Origin: Acidobacteriota bacterium
Lineage (GTDB): Bacteria > Acidobacteriota > Terriglobia > 2-12-FULL-54-10
Assembly: GCA_022567475.1 (NCBI GenBank)
Contig: JADFGZ010000001.1
Coordinates: 1-54,459, forward strand
Length of the DNA: 54,459 bases
Reading direction: 5' to 3'
This document shows positions 1-9,567 of the stretch, piece after piece. The position numbers and the translations under genes are program-made. The stretch's first letter is position 1; each line of letters begins with the position of its first letter. The notes under the pieces were generated by a model, which made no database searches, was not told where the DNA came from, and saw only the letters and a list, made by a program, of their open reading frames with translations.

Positions 1-400
1 GAGCGGTATGAGCATTCGGGGCCGCAGGAAGGCCCGATACCGCTCAAGATCGGCACGGGCCGGGAGAAGATACTAGCCGGGCTCGCCGAGATGAACGAGC
101 GGCTCGCAATCGGGGCTAGGAAGCAATAAACAAGCTCTCTTCTATTCCTGATATTCAGAAAAGATTGAGTCGGGCCAGAACGGTTGGCGAGGCAATTCAA
201 GAACCCCATGGCGTCTATCTCGACCTCCGCTGCTCATGAGACACCTAACGGCCTTGGAGCTCAGTGGCCGGAATTGAGCGGCGCGAGCCGCGATTGACGG
301 TCCACTGCAGCGCTGTGTTAGGCGTCACCGACGGTTGGCGGAATGGCTGGGATTCCGGCGCCATCAAAGTTCCCTCCAGCCTAAAGGAGGATTGAGGGAG

Positions 401-820
401 CTATATCCAGCCGAGTTCCTTCATCGCCCACGGAGCATTCCAGACTTTGGTCATTCGCTCGACTTTGTCGTCCTCGTTCATGGTCAGCACATAGACATAG
501 TGCGAGTTCGTTTCCTTGTTGGTCGGAGGGACAGGACCGCCATCGCCAGTATGCTTGGCGTGATATGTCGCGAAGAAAACTGCGTTTCTCGTTGCTTCGT
601 CATAAGAAGACGTGTGTAGCTCGTAGGTCGCGCCGGGAGCTGTAACCTTGCCAAAGCCAGCCATCCACTCGCAGTAGGCTTCGACTGTATGAATATCGAC
701 CAGAGGTTCGCTCTGCGCAGTGAAAGGCGCACCGTCAGCGACGTACTCTTTACATCCCTCCCATCCTGCTGGGGCTTCACAAGCCTCGAAGAACTTCCTG
801 GCGTTGTCGAAAGCGCTCAT
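401..820 (-). CDS. SnoaL/NTF2-like (ester-cyclase-like) small protein
   Basis: 139-aa ORF of the right size for an NTF2-like fold. The tail '...KVERMTKVWNAPWAMKELGW' resembles the conserved C-terminus of SnoaL-like cyclases. Family call is from memory of motifs only. Confidence 0.5.
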   Translation of the reverse strand: MSAFDNARKFFEACEAPAGWEGCKEYVADGAPFTAQSEPLVDIHTVEAYCEWMAGFGKVTAPGATYELHTSSYDEATRNAVFFATYHAKHTGDGGPVPPTNKETNSHYVYVLTMNEDDKVERMTKVWNAPWAMKELGWI

Positions 821-1285
821 CCTCTCCTCCTGTAGGTGTTTGTTCTACTCCTGAATGGACTGCAATTCTTGGTTAGCGGCAGCGCCCGTGTGACCCGCCT
901 TGATGCACATGTGAAGCTCGTATGCTCTAGGACGCTTAACTCTTGTTTATGCTGACCTGGATAAAACCCTTCCCGGTCGGCCTAACGTGAAAGCTCTATC
1001 GCCTCGTCCTGGCCGTAACAGCCTGCTGTGTAACGACTTCCACTGCATTTGGCAATTTGCCTCCGGAATGTTATGCGGACGCCTCGGGATGAATGCGTTC
1101 ATGATACCTACCGCCCAAGTAATCCTCGCGCAGGCAACAGGAATGGCACCATTAGACAGCCACTCAACCCGCAAGTCAAGGGCAAATCATGCTGGAGCAG
1201 GCCGCAAAAAACCGCAGTAGTGAAACCCTTCGGGAAGAGGTATGATACCGACCGCTTTCCAATTAGACGCAAGAAGGGGGAAGTC

Positions 1286-2515
1286 ATGTCGCCGAGAATA
1301 GCGCCGAGAATAGGAAGACCGAGAATAGGAAGAAGAGATGCGATCAAAGCAGGATTGGGCACTTTCTTATTAGCGCCGGGCATGGTGGAGGTAGCCCGCT
1401 CGCAGATTCTGCAGAGAGACGAAGCGGACAAGGTCCTTTTCCCTGCGCGAGGGCTGCCGGGAGGGGGGCAGTTGGAGGTTCGCATGACAATGTCCGGCGA
1501 GCATCCCGACCCGGACGTGCGCGCGGTCGCCCGCCGCGTGAAGCCTTACAACCTGGAAAGCTGGCACGCGGAGTGGACACGGGCAGCGGAGAAAAACCGG
1601 CAACTGGCGGCGGACTTCGAGAACGAGGGACGCAAGGTCACCGCCAACGAGTTTTACCTCCGGGCGACGGATTTCTACCGCAGGGCGCTGGTCTATATGC
1701 CCGACACCGATGCGCGGATGCTTCCGACCTACAATAATCTCCGGGCGATGTTTGACAAAGCATGGAGCCTGGTGAGCCCTCCGTTTGAGCGGGTGGAGAT
1801 TCCTTATGAGGGCCAGGTGCTGGAGGCGCATTTTTATGCGGCGCGGGGCGCAGCCGGCAGCCGTTCCCCGGTGGTCTACAACTACTCCGGGGCGGACGGA
1901 ATCCTGTTGCGGGGGAACCGGGGCAACGCGCCCCAATATACCAGCCGGGGAATGGCCTTCCTCGACGTGGACGGCCCCGGGCACGGAGGCTCGCTGCGCG
2001 TGAAAAAGCTGTTTGCGCCTCCGGATTCCGAGCGGGTGGCCAAGGCGGTGATCGACTATTTGGTCACTCGCCCCGACATCGATCCCAACCGGATCGGGCT
2101 GCATGGCTCCAGCATGGGGGGCTACAGCGGACCCCGCGCGGCGACGGTGGAAAAACGGATTCGGGCGCTGGCGATGTGGAGCGGGGCGTTCAATCTGGTG
2201 GAGGATATCTTTGATTTCTATCCGCCGATTCAGGACCGGCTGCGCTGGCTGATTGGGGCCAAGACGCTGGCCGAGGGGCGCAGCAAGATTGCCGAATTCA
2301 CCCTCGCAGGCAGGGTCAACCAGATTGAGTGCCCCATGTTGATCGGCTACAACGTAGATGACCGCATCATGGACCCGCGCGGCGCGTTACGGCTCTATGA
2401 AGAAGCGACCAATTCCAGGCGGGAAATGCTGGAGGGCGTGGGGCACGGCGAAAGACGCTTCGACCTCAGAACCTATATCGCCGACTGGTTTGCGAAAGAG
2501 CTGGGAACCGCGTAA
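1286..2515 (+). CDS. Exported alpha/beta hydrolase (serine hydrolase, dienelactone-hydrolase/S9-like)
   Basis: Long ORF 1049-2515. Preferred start is ATG 1286, preceded by AAGAAGGGGG. N-terminus 'RIGRRDAIKAGLGTFLLAP' looks like a twin-arginine signal. Nucleophile elbow 'GLHGSSMGGYSG' (G-x-S-x-G) with later D and 'GVGHG' His. Confidence 0.75.
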   Translation: MSPRIAPRIGRPRIGRRDAIKAGLGTFLLAPGMVEVARSQILQRDEADKVLFPARGLPGGGQLEVRMTMSGEHPDPDVRAVARRVKPYNLESWHAEWTRAAEKNRQLAADFENEGRKVTANEFYLRATDFYRRALVYMPDTDARMLPTYNNLRAMFDKAWSLVSPPFERVEIPYEGQVLEAHFYAARGAAGSRSPVVYNYSGADGILLRGNRGNAPQYTSRGMAFLDVDGPGHGGSLRVKKLFAPPDSERVAKAVIDYLVTRPDIDPNRIGLHGSSMGGYSGPRAATVEKRIRALAMWSGAFNLVEDIFDFYPPIQDRLRWLIGAKTLAEGRSKIAEFTLAGRVNQIECPMLIGYNVDDRIMDPRGALRLYEEATNSRREMLEGVGHGERRFDLRTYIADWFAKELGTA

Positions 2516-2671
2516 TCCCCGGCGCCGATGGAGGAAAACTGCTGCGAAATAAGGGTTGAGTGATCTCCCTATGCTGGGCAATAATAGCCCGCGTCATTTG
2601 CAGCGCTTGAATGAAGCGTTGCGCCAAAAGGAAGTGTGTTGAGAAAAAAGTGTATTGAGAAAGGTGGAATC

Positions 2672-3262
2672 ATGACAAAGCTGAGTTGCCACGCGCGAAC
2701 AGTTCGCAGGAGAGCCGTCTGGCTTGCAGGCCTGCTGCTTTGCCTCAGCGGCTTTCTCCACGCACAGTCTGATCCGAATGCCTTGCCGGAAGGCGACGGC
2801 AAAGAGTTGGTGGCGGTGGCCTGCACGCAATGCCATAGCTTGAGCCCCATCCGGATGCTGCGGGACGGCCGCGAGGGGTGGAAAGAGATGGTCCATGAGA
2901 TGGTCCTTCGCGGAGCGCAACTCGGACCGGAAGAAGCCGATACCGTCATTCGGTATCTAGCGCGGAACTTCGGTCCGGGGATGAGCCCGATGCAGACCGG
3001 ACCCCTGCCTCCCGAGACGGCGCTCGGCGGCGGGAGCGGGGCAGAGTCAGGGGACACGGTGTCGCTGCCTCCCGGCGACGGCAAGGATATGGTCGAGGCG
3101 CGCTGCCGGATTTGCCATGATCTCGGAAGGGTCGTCACGGCCCGAAGAACCAGAGCGGAGTGGGAGCAGATCACGAAGAACATGATGGGGCGGGGGCCGA
3201 CGGCCACGCCGGAACAGATACAGACGATGGTCTCTTATCTGACCGCACAGTTTGGCAAATAG
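2672..3262 (+). CDS. Dihaem c-type cytochrome (two repeated haem-binding modules) with signal peptide
   Basis: ATG 2672 is preceded by AAGGTGGA. Signal-like 'RRRAVWLAGLLLCLSGFLHAQ'. Two CxxCH motifs ('CTQCHS', 'CRICHD') sit in two internally repeated ~70-aa halves ('LPEGDGKELVAVACTQCH...IRYLARNFG' and 'LPPGDGKDMVEARCRICH...VSYLTAQFG'). Confidence 0.75.
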   Translation: MTKLSCHARTVRRRAVWLAGLLLCLSGFLHAQSDPNALPEGDGKELVAVACTQCHSLSPIRMLRDGREGWKEMVHEMVLRGAQLGPEEADTVIRYLARNFGPGMSPMQTGPLPPETALGGGSGAESGDTVSLPPGDGKDMVEARCRICHDLGRVVTARRTRAEWEQITKNMMGRGPTATPEQIQTMVSYLTAQFGK

Positions 3263-3282
3263 CCCGGCGCAAATCGCGGGGT

Positions 3283-3356
3283 GTCCGGAAGAGGTTTCCG
3301 GAAAAGGTTTCCGGAAGAAACTTCCGGAAGAGGTTCCCGGAAGCATTTCCCGAAAA
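3283..3356. repeat. Six-copy 13-bp tandem array built on the palindrome TTCCGGAA
   Basis: GTCCGGAA 3283, TTCCGGAA 3296, 3309 and 3322, TTCCCGGAA 3334, degenerate TTTCCCGAAAA 3346. Centres are 13 bp apart. The array starts 21 bp after the cytochrome c stop. Confidence 0.75.
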
Positions 3357-3399
3357 GGGATTGCCCGGTAATGCCAGCCGGGAGCGGGTTACGGGCGGG

Positions 3400-3429
3400 T
3401 TGACTCCTTCGAAAAGTTTTGAATATAAT
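3400..3429 (+). promoter_or_regulatory. Near-consensus sigma70-type promoter (TTGACT-N18-TATAAT)
   Basis: -35 TTGACT at 3400-3405, 18-nt spacer, -10 TATAAT at 3424-3429. It lies in an A/T-richer intergenic stretch about 310 nt upstream of the ABC ATPase gene. Sequence match only. Confidence 0.4.
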
Positions 3430-3739
3430 CTGCTGGCTTTAGAGCCCCGAACGATATTTAGGTTTATCCATCAAGGGTGTCAACACTGAGGGTAACAACA
3501 GATGACGAGGAGTTCCGTGCTGTAGTATTTGTCGATGCATCGGAAGAGCTTTCTGCGTCCTCCTCCCTGGCAGCCGCACGGCAGCACCATTTCAGCAAGA
3601 TCGCAACCGGTGATGAGGTCCGCCTCCGGGACAAGAGGAAAATCCGGAGACGGCGCGGGGCAACCTTTGAGCGAAAAGGTGAATCAAAGGACAATCGGGC
3701 GGGGAATACATTTTTCCGCAGCACGTTCCTGAATCCAGT

Positions 3740-4534
3740 ATGAGTCCTATGCCGGAAGTAAATGGCAAATATATGATTGAGGCCCAAGGCCTCAGTAAGT
3801 TTTACGGCAGCTTCGCGGCGATCCGCGACGTATCGTTCGCCGTGCCCCGCGCCCAGGTGGCGGCTTTCCTCGGACCCAACGGGGCCGGTAAATCCACCAC
3901 CTTAAAGATTCTCACCGGTTTCCTGGCGCCCAGCGACGGCACGGCCCGCATCGCCGGGCTGGACGTGGCCGCCCACCGCATTGAGGCTGCTGCGCGGGTC
4001 GGGTACTTGCCGGAAAACGGGCCGCTCTATCCCGAGATGACGCCGCTCGAGCTGCTGGGGTTCTTCGGCGAGGCTCGCGGGCTGTCCAGCGGCCGGTTGA
4101 AGAGCCGCATCGAGGCCGTGGTCGAGCAGTGCCGCCTGCAGGCGGTGATCGAGAAGAGCATCTTCAAATTGTCGAGAGGATACCGCCAGCGAGTCGGCAT
4201 GGCGCAGGCCTTGCTGCATGAGCCAGACATCCTCATCATGGACGAGCCGACCAGCGGCCTGGACCCCAACCAGATCCGCGAAGTCAGGGAATTGATCCGC
4301 CGTCTCGCGGCCAGCAAAACGATCCTGATTTCCACGCATATTCTGCGAGAGGTGGAAGCCGTGGCCAGCCACGTGATCCTGATTGATGAAGGACGAGTGA
4401 TTTTTGACGGAACACCGGCTGAGATGGCTGCGGGGCAGAGCCTCGACGAAGCCTTCTACCGGCTGACCGGCAAGGTTTCCGGCTCCAAGCCCGGCACTGC
4501 CCCGGCCCAGGCTGCCCCGGAGGTTCAAGGATGA
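3740..4534 (+). CDS. ABC transporter ATP-binding protein (GldA-like, ABC-2 type exporter)
   Basis: Walker A 'GPNGAGKST', signature 'LSRGYRQRVGMAQAL', Walker B 'ILIMDEPTSGLD'. Alternative start ATG 3773 ('MIEAQGLSKFYG'). The stop overlaps the next gene's start (ATGA at 4531-4534). Confidence 0.9.
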   Translation: MSPMPEVNGKYMIEAQGLSKFYGSFAAIRDVSFAVPRAQVAAFLGPNGAGKSTTLKILTGFLAPSDGTARIAGLDVAAHRIEAAARVGYLPENGPLYPEMTPLELLGFFGEARGLSSGRLKSRIEAVVEQCRLQAVIEKSIFKLSRGYRQRVGMAQALLHEPDILIMDEPTSGLDPNQIREVRELIRRLAASKTILISTHILREVEAVASHVILIDEGRVIFDGTPAEMAAGQSLDEAFYRLTGKVSGSKPGTAPAQAAPEVQG

Positions 4535-7293
4535 ACGGCCGCTGGCGAATTCCCAAAGCCATCCTGAAGCGCGAGCTGACCAGCTACTTCAGCAGTCCCA
4601 CCGGCTACGTTTTCATTACGCTGTTTGTTTTTCTCAGCGCGGTAGCCTCCTTTTGGCAGGAGGCTTTTTTTAATAATAATCTGGCCAACCTCGATTCGCT
4701 GAACAGCGTTTTTCCCTACCTGCTCCTGTTTCTGATCCCGGCCATCACCATGACCTTGTGGGCCGAAGAGAAACGCAACGGGACCGATGAGTTGTTGCTG
4801 ACCCTCCCGGCAACCGACCTGGAGATCGTCGCCGGCAAGTACTTGGCGGCCCTGGCGATCTATTCGGTGGCGCTGCTGTTTTCGTTGAGCCATCTGGTCG
4901 TTCTCTGGTGGCTGGGCAGTCCCGACGTGGGCCTGATGTTCTCCACCTATTTCGGGTATTGGCTGATGGGCGCGGCGCTGATGGCCGTGGGCATGCTGGC
5001 CTCTCTGCTTACGTCCAATCTTACCGTGGCGTTTATTCTGGGATCGGTATTCTGCGCGGTGCCGGTGTTTATCATTCATGCAGGCGCCATCTTGAGCGGA
5101 GGGCTGCGGCGGCTGGTTGAGGGGCTGTCGTTTACCGAGCAGTTCCGCGATCTTGCCGCCGGAGTGATTTCGTTTTCCTCGGTGCTCTATTTTGTTTCCT
5201 TCGCCCTGGCGATGCTGTACCTCAACGTGGCCCTGCTGGGGCGGCGTCACTGGCCGAGCCGCCGAAGCGCCGCGGCGCTCGGGCAGCATACCCTGGTTCG
5301 CGGCCTGGCGCTGGTTGTGATCGTCGCCAGCGTCACCATTCTGGCGGGGCGGCTGGGAGGACGCATCGACTCCACCGCCGAGCGGCTCCATTCGCTTTCG
5401 GAGGAAACCGGGAAGCTCATTGACGGGCTCGATTCCGCGCACCCGGTTTTTATTCAGGCCTATCTGAGTCCGGTCGTGCCCCGCCGCTATCTGCAGACTC
5501 GAAACAACATTATCAGCGTGCTGCGGGAATTGGATGCCATGGGAGGCGACCGCATCCACGCCCAAATCCTGGAGACGGAAAAGTACAGCCCCGCTGCGCG
5601 CGAAGCGCAAGACCTCTACAACATCCGGCCGCGGCCCATTGCCGTGTGGGAGCAAACCGCCGGAAGCGACGCCGAGATTTACATGGGAATCGCATTTCGT
5701 TCCGGGGGCGAGGAGTTCGTGATTCCGTTTTTCGATCCGGGCCTGGCCGCCGAGTACGAATTGATGCGCTCCATCCGGTTGGTTGCTCACGCCGAGCGGA
5801 AGAAGGTCGGAATCCTCGAAACCAAAGCCAAGCTCTTCGGCGGTTTTGACTTCCAGACGCGGGTGCCGACGCCCGACTGGTCCATCGTCGAGGAGTTGCG
5901 CAAGCAATACGAAGTGGTGCGGGTCCGTGCCGGGGCGGACTATTCAGGGGACATCGACGTGCTGATTGCGGTCCTGCCGCATACGCTGGAAGCGGATGAG
6001 TTGGTTCGGTTGACCGCATACGCCAGCCAGGGACATCCCTTGCTGCTGCTGGTGGACCCCTTGCCGGCCTTCGATATGCAACTTTCGCCGCAGCCGATTC
6101 CGGCCAGCCCCTTCCCTTTTAACCAGCCTCCGCCTACCCCGCCGACCGACATCAAACCCTTGATGGACGCGATCGGGGTTGCGTGGTCCAAGGAGGAGGT
6201 TGCCTGGGATCAATACAATCCCCATCCGCAGTTCGGCGCCCTGCCGGAAGAGGTGATTTTTGTCGCGGCGGGCAACCAAGCGGCTGACAGTGCCTTCAAC
6301 AGCGAGGAGCCGGTTTCTGCGGGCCTGCAGGAGATGGTGCTGCTTTATCCGGGCCGTTTGCAGCCTGCTGCCGAAGCGGCTGAGGACCAGGCGACTGAGG
6401 GTGAAACGCCAGAGGGTGAAACGACGCCAGAGGGTGAAACGGCGGAAGAGGAAGCGGAAGCGGGTGAGGGCGAAGCCGCGGATGAAACAGCGGCAAGGCA
6501 GACGTTTGAATTTGTCTCTTTGCTCGAAACCGGCAGAGACTCCGGCGTTGTTCCCTGGCGGCTTGTGGTGCAGGCTTCTTTGTTTGGGATGCAGATCAAT
6601 CCGAACCCGCCGCATGAGGCGGATGAGGAAGTCCACATCCTGGCTGCGCGGGTGACCGGCTCGGCAGCGGAGAACCCGGTCCGCGCCATTGTCATCGCCG
6701 ATGTCGATATGATGAGCGAGCAGTTTTTCGAGCTGCGCCGCCAGGGTATTGAGAACCTGAACTTCGACAACGTCACATTCCTGCTGAACGCGGTGGACCA
6801 TCTGGCCGGGGACGAGTCCTTTGTCGCCCTGCGCAAGCACAGGCCACGGCACAGGACGCTCGAGGCCGTTGAGGCCCGCACGCGGGTGTACGAGCAGCGC
6901 CGTCTGGAGGAGACCCAGCAGGCCGAGGCGGACGCGGAGGAACAACTGCAGCAAGCGCAAGCCCGGCTGGATGGCGCCGTGGAAACGCTGCGCCAGCGCA
7001 GCGACCTGGACCAGCAGACCAAACAGATCATGGTCGCCAATCTGCAGCAGGTCGAGAACCGCCGCCTGGCCGTCGCCCGCAGCAACATCGAGGACCGGAG
7101 GCAGCAGCAGATCGAGCGCAGCCGGGCCGACATGGAGACCTCCATCCGCGGCATTCAAAGCACGATCCAGTTGCTGGCCGTTGTGCTGCCGCCCATTCCA
7201 GCCTTGGTGCTTTTTGTGTTTGTTTCCCTCCGGCGGCTGCGGCGGGAAAAGATCGGCATTTCGCCTGACCGTTTGGTCCAGGACCGGAGATAG
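4531..7293 (+). CDS. Fused ABC-2 permease (GldF-like) and GldG-like auxiliary domain, with C-terminal coiled coil and TM anchor
   Basis: 920-aa ORF. The N-terminal ~240 aa are multi-TM ('YFSSPTGYVFITLFVFLS...'). A large soluble domain typical of ABC_transp_aux/GldG follows, with an acidic low-complexity insert. Then a Q/R/E-rich coiled coil and the terminal TM 'LLAVVLPPIPALVLFVFVSL'. Translationally coupled to the ATPase. Confidence 0.8.
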   Translation: MNGRWRIPKAILKRELTSYFSSPTGYVFITLFVFLSAVASFWQEAFFNNNLANLDSLNSVFPYLLLFLIPAITMTLWAEEKRNGTDELLLTLPATDLEIVAGKYLAALAIYSVALLFSLSHLVVLWWLGSPDVGLMFSTYFGYWLMGAALMAVGMLASLLTSNLTVAFILGSVFCAVPVFIIHAGAILSGGLRRLVEGLSFTEQFRDLAAGVISFSSVLYFVSFALAMLYLNVALLGRRHWPSRRSAAALGQHTLVRGLALVVIVASVTILAGRLGGRIDSTAERLHSLSEETGKLIDGLDSAHPVFIQAYLSPVVPRRYLQTRNNIISVLRELDAMGGDRIHAQILETEKYSPAAREAQDLYNIRPRPIAVWEQTAGSDAEIYMGIAFRSGGEEFVIPFFDPGLAAEYELMRSIRLVAHAERKKVGILETKAKLFGGFDFQTRVPTPDWSIVEELRKQYEVVRVRAGADYSGDIDVLIAVLPHTLEADELVRLTAYASQGHPLLLLVDPLPAFDMQLSPQPIPASPFPFNQPPPTPPTDIKPLMDAIGVAWSKEEVAWDQYNPHPQFGALPEEVIFVAAGNQAADSAFNSEEPVSAGLQEMVLLYPGRLQPAAEAAEDQATEGETPEGETTPEGETAEEEAEAGEGEAADETAARQTFEFVSLLETGRDSGVVPWRLVVQASLFGMQINPNPPHEADEEVHILAARVTGSAAENPVRAIVIADVDMMSEQFFELRRQGIENLNFDNVTFLLNAVDHLAGDESFVALRKHRPRHRTLEAVEARTRVYEQRRLEETQQAEADAEEQLQQAQARLDGAVETLRQRSDLDQQTKQIMVANLQQVENRRLAVARSNIEDRRQQQIERSRADMETSIRGIQSTIQLLAVVLPPIPALVLFVFVSLRRLRREKIGISPDRLVQDRR

Positions 7294-7348
7294 CCGTGCC
7301 AGCCTGGCTCCGGCAGGGCAAGGGAACGTCTGCGGAGAGAGCATACCG

Positions 7349-8698
7349 ATGACGGAACTGAAAAAAACGGGGATATTTTGTCTGGCCGCGCTCCTTTTGG
7401 CGGTTGCCGCCTTGGTGTTCGACACGGGAGGAGTCACTCCAGAGATTTTCAGCGACCAGGGTGATCCTTTTTATCCGGATTTCACCGATCCCCAGGCTCC
7501 CAAGGCCATTGAAGTGATCGACTACGACGAAGCCACGGCAACCGCGCGTCCGCTCAAGGTGGAGTTCCGGGACAGCAAGTGGAGCATCCCTTCGCATTAC
7601 AGCTACCCGGCCGACGCGGCAGACCGCCTGCCCAATACCGCCGCTGCCCTGATGGAGCTGCGGAAAGACGCCATTGTCTCGGATCGCGTCGAGGACCACA
7701 GCGTCTATGGAGTCATCGATCCCCTGGACCCGGCTGCTACAACGCTCACCGGGCGGGGCAAGCGGGTCACGCTGCGGGATGAAAACGGCAATGTGCTCGC
7801 CGACTTCATCGTGGGCAAGGAGGTGGAGGACAAGCCGGGCTATCGCTACCTGCGGGTTCCAGACCAGAGGCGGACCTACGCCGTCCAAACCGAAGCCGAG
7901 GTCTCGGCCCGGTTCGTCGATTGGATTGAGACGGATTTGCTAAAGCTTTCTATCGGGGATATCCGGAGGATCGCCGTCAACAGATACTCGATCAATGAGG
8001 CATTCGGGAGGATCGAAAACGTGGAGCGGCTGACGCTCGTCAAAGCGGAAGACAACAAGTGGACGCTCAGCGGCGGCGGCGAGCCCAGCGACGACAAGAT
8101 GAGGGCGCTCACCGGCGCGCTGGACAATCTCCGGATCGTGGACGTGCAGCCGAAACCGCCCAACCTGACCCGCGACCTCAAGACCCGGGAGGGCATTCAG
8201 TTGTCGATGGGCTCGGTGATGTCGCTGCAACAGAAAGGCTTTTTCATCACCCAAGCCGGCCAGCTGTTTTCCAATGAGGGCGAGGTCGTTGTCGATACGG
8301 CCAACGGTTTGCAGTACACGCTCCGCTTCGGAGAGATTGCCTCCGGCGGGCCGTCTGCAACGGGGGAAGCCGGCGGCGAATCGGCGGAGCAAACCGAAAG
8401 CGCCGGGGAAACAGAGGAGCGGCGCTACCTGTTCATCACGGTGGACTACAGCGAAGACCGTGCCCGGCAATACTCCGGCGACGAGGACTCCGGCGAAGGT
8501 TCCGAAAATGGCAACGCGGGCGAGGAGCTGGCGACGGAGCTGCAAAACCGCTTCGCCGACTGGTACTACGTCATCACCGGAGCCGACTTCAACAACCTGC
8601 GGCCGCGTCGGCGGGATCTGTTGAGGAGCGTGCCTGCCTCTCACTACCTCTGTCGCTTCCAACCAGTGAGTGGGCAAATTTTGCCTGCCGTGCTTTAA
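7349..8698 (+). CDS. DUF4340-like membrane-anchored protein (usual partner of GldG-type ABC systems)
   Basis: ATG 7349 begins 'MTELKKTGIFCLAALLLAVAALVF' (signal anchor). Position directly after a GldG-like gene and the motif 'FYPDFTDPQAPKAIEVIDYDE' fit DUF4340. The upstream extension of the ORF (6821-) overlaps the previous gene and looks non-coding. Confidence 0.65.
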   Translation: MTELKKTGIFCLAALLLAVAALVFDTGGVTPEIFSDQGDPFYPDFTDPQAPKAIEVIDYDEATATARPLKVEFRDSKWSIPSHYSYPADAADRLPNTAAALMELRKDAIVSDRVEDHSVYGVIDPLDPAATTLTGRGKRVTLRDENGNVLADFIVGKEVEDKPGYRYLRVPDQRRTYAVQTEAEVSARFVDWIETDLLKLSIGDIRRIAVNRYSINEAFGRIENVERLTLVKAEDNKWTLSGGGEPSDDKMRALTGALDNLRIVDVQPKPPNLTRDLKTREGIQLSMGSVMSLQQKGFFITQAGQLFSNEGEVVVDTANGLQYTLRFGEIASGGPSATGEAGGESAEQTESAGETEERRYLFITVDYSEDRARQYSGDEDSGEGSENGNAGEELATELQNRFADWYYVITGADFNNLRPRRRDLLRSVPASHYLCRFQPVSGQILPAVL

Positions 8699-8897
8699 AT
8701 CATCAGTTTCACAGTTCTTACTAGGGTCAGAGCCGCGCGCGTCAGCAAGCGGTCACAGAACGCCAAGTGGGCATCCAAAGTTGGGTTGACCGCTCCCTCG
8801 CGGCCCGGATGAATTCACCAGCAACACACTTTTCACCAACTTTGAAACTAAAGGCATCTCCAGTATTCGCCGATAAACTGAGTGAGAGGACATTGAG

Positions 8898-9422
8898 ATG
8901 GCGATTAGTATTTCATTCTCGGCGACAAGCCTGGAGTTTTCATTCCTGATTCGCCCGAATACGAAAGCGATCCTGCTCACCGAAGGGCCTGTGAAAGCCG
9001 AGCTTCTCACCGAGGAAGTGGAAGAGAGCGGAGAATCGTCCGGGGAAGCGCCCACGAAAGCAGAAGACCTGGGCGAAGCGCCATTAAGCTTCGCCGAATA
9101 CGTGGCTTCTGCCGGTTTCCGCTCGCCGAGCACCCGCAACGCGCTGTACAAGTTGCACGATCGCCTCACGGACGGTCTGGATGGAGAGGCGCTCGCCGAG
9201 GTGGAAGCCCTGCTCGCCGAGGCCGTGGAGATAGCCGGCGAACTGGCCGCGGCCGATCAGCGCCCGTTCGGCAGGAGCGTCGAGCACCAACTCAAGCAGA
9301 TATTCAACGTGGCCTCCAGGGGCCATCTCGCACTTCCGGAACTCGCTCCTGGCACGGAGCCTTCCTCTGAGCCTGCGCCCGATGACGGCGATCCGGCTCC
9401 CGCCCTGGACGTCTCCGTCTAA
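8898..9422 (+). CDS. Hypothetical acidic protein
   Basis: 174-aa ORF with mostly G/C third positions in its GC-rich part. A strong hairpin with T-tract follows at 9506-9560. No recognisable domain. Confidence 0.4.
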   Translation: MAISISFSATSLEFSFLIRPNTKAILLTEGPVKAELLTEEVEESGESSGEAPTKAEDLGEAPLSFAEYVASAGFRSPSTRNALYKLHDRLTDGLDGEALAEVEALLAEAVEIAGELAAADQRPFGRSVEHQLKQIFNVASRGHLALPELAPGTEPSSEPAPDDGDPAPALDVSV

Positions 9423-9505
9423 GACCGCTTGCCGTCCTTCTTACTTACTCTCTGGCTGAAGCTGTGAACAGAATAGGGACTTGAACTTACCTGTGGCTAG
9501 GCTAT

Positions 9506-9560
9506 GCCAGCAGGGGCCGCGAATTCAGTTGATGCGCGGCCGGCCTGCTGGCTGTTTCTT
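9506..9560 (+). terminator. Putative intrinsic terminator between convergent genes
   Basis: GCCAGCAGG+GGCCGCG (9506-9521) pairs with CGCGGCC(GG)CCTGCTGGC (9535-9552): 9 bp plus 7 bp with a 2-nt bulge and a 13-nt loop. It is followed by TGTTTCTT. Confidence 0.45.
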
Positions 9561-9567
9561 GATTAGA

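Noticed and set aside
1-129. Open frame running from the window edge to TAA at 127-129 ('...KIGTGREKILAGLAEMNERLAIGARKQ').
   Set aside because: Only 42 codons are visible and no motif is recognised. This is insufficient to call a partial CDS.
3477-3743. 88-codon ORF whose TGA overlaps ATG 3740 of the ABC ATPase (ATGA).
   Set aside because: It has a GTG start without an RBS. Its third-position G/C content is clearly lower than in neighbouring genes. No recognisable motif. Kept only as a caveat in the leader finding.
4525-7437. Very long antisense ORFs (4525-5907 minus, 5944-7437 minus). Similar ones occur at 15793-17202 minus, 35996-37504 plus, 39273-40436 minus, 42197-43216 minus and 27012-28493 plus.
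   Set aside because: They lie opposite genes with strong family motifs. Their translations are R/G/P/Q-rich low-complexity strings typical of stop-codon-poor antisense frames in GC-rich DNA. No motifs were recognised.
8753-9169. 138-aa minus-strand ORF overlapping 8898-9422.
   Set aside because: The plus-strand ORF has the better codon third-position bias and is followed by a terminator-like hairpin. The two are mutually exclusive, and the minus-strand translation is S/R-rich.
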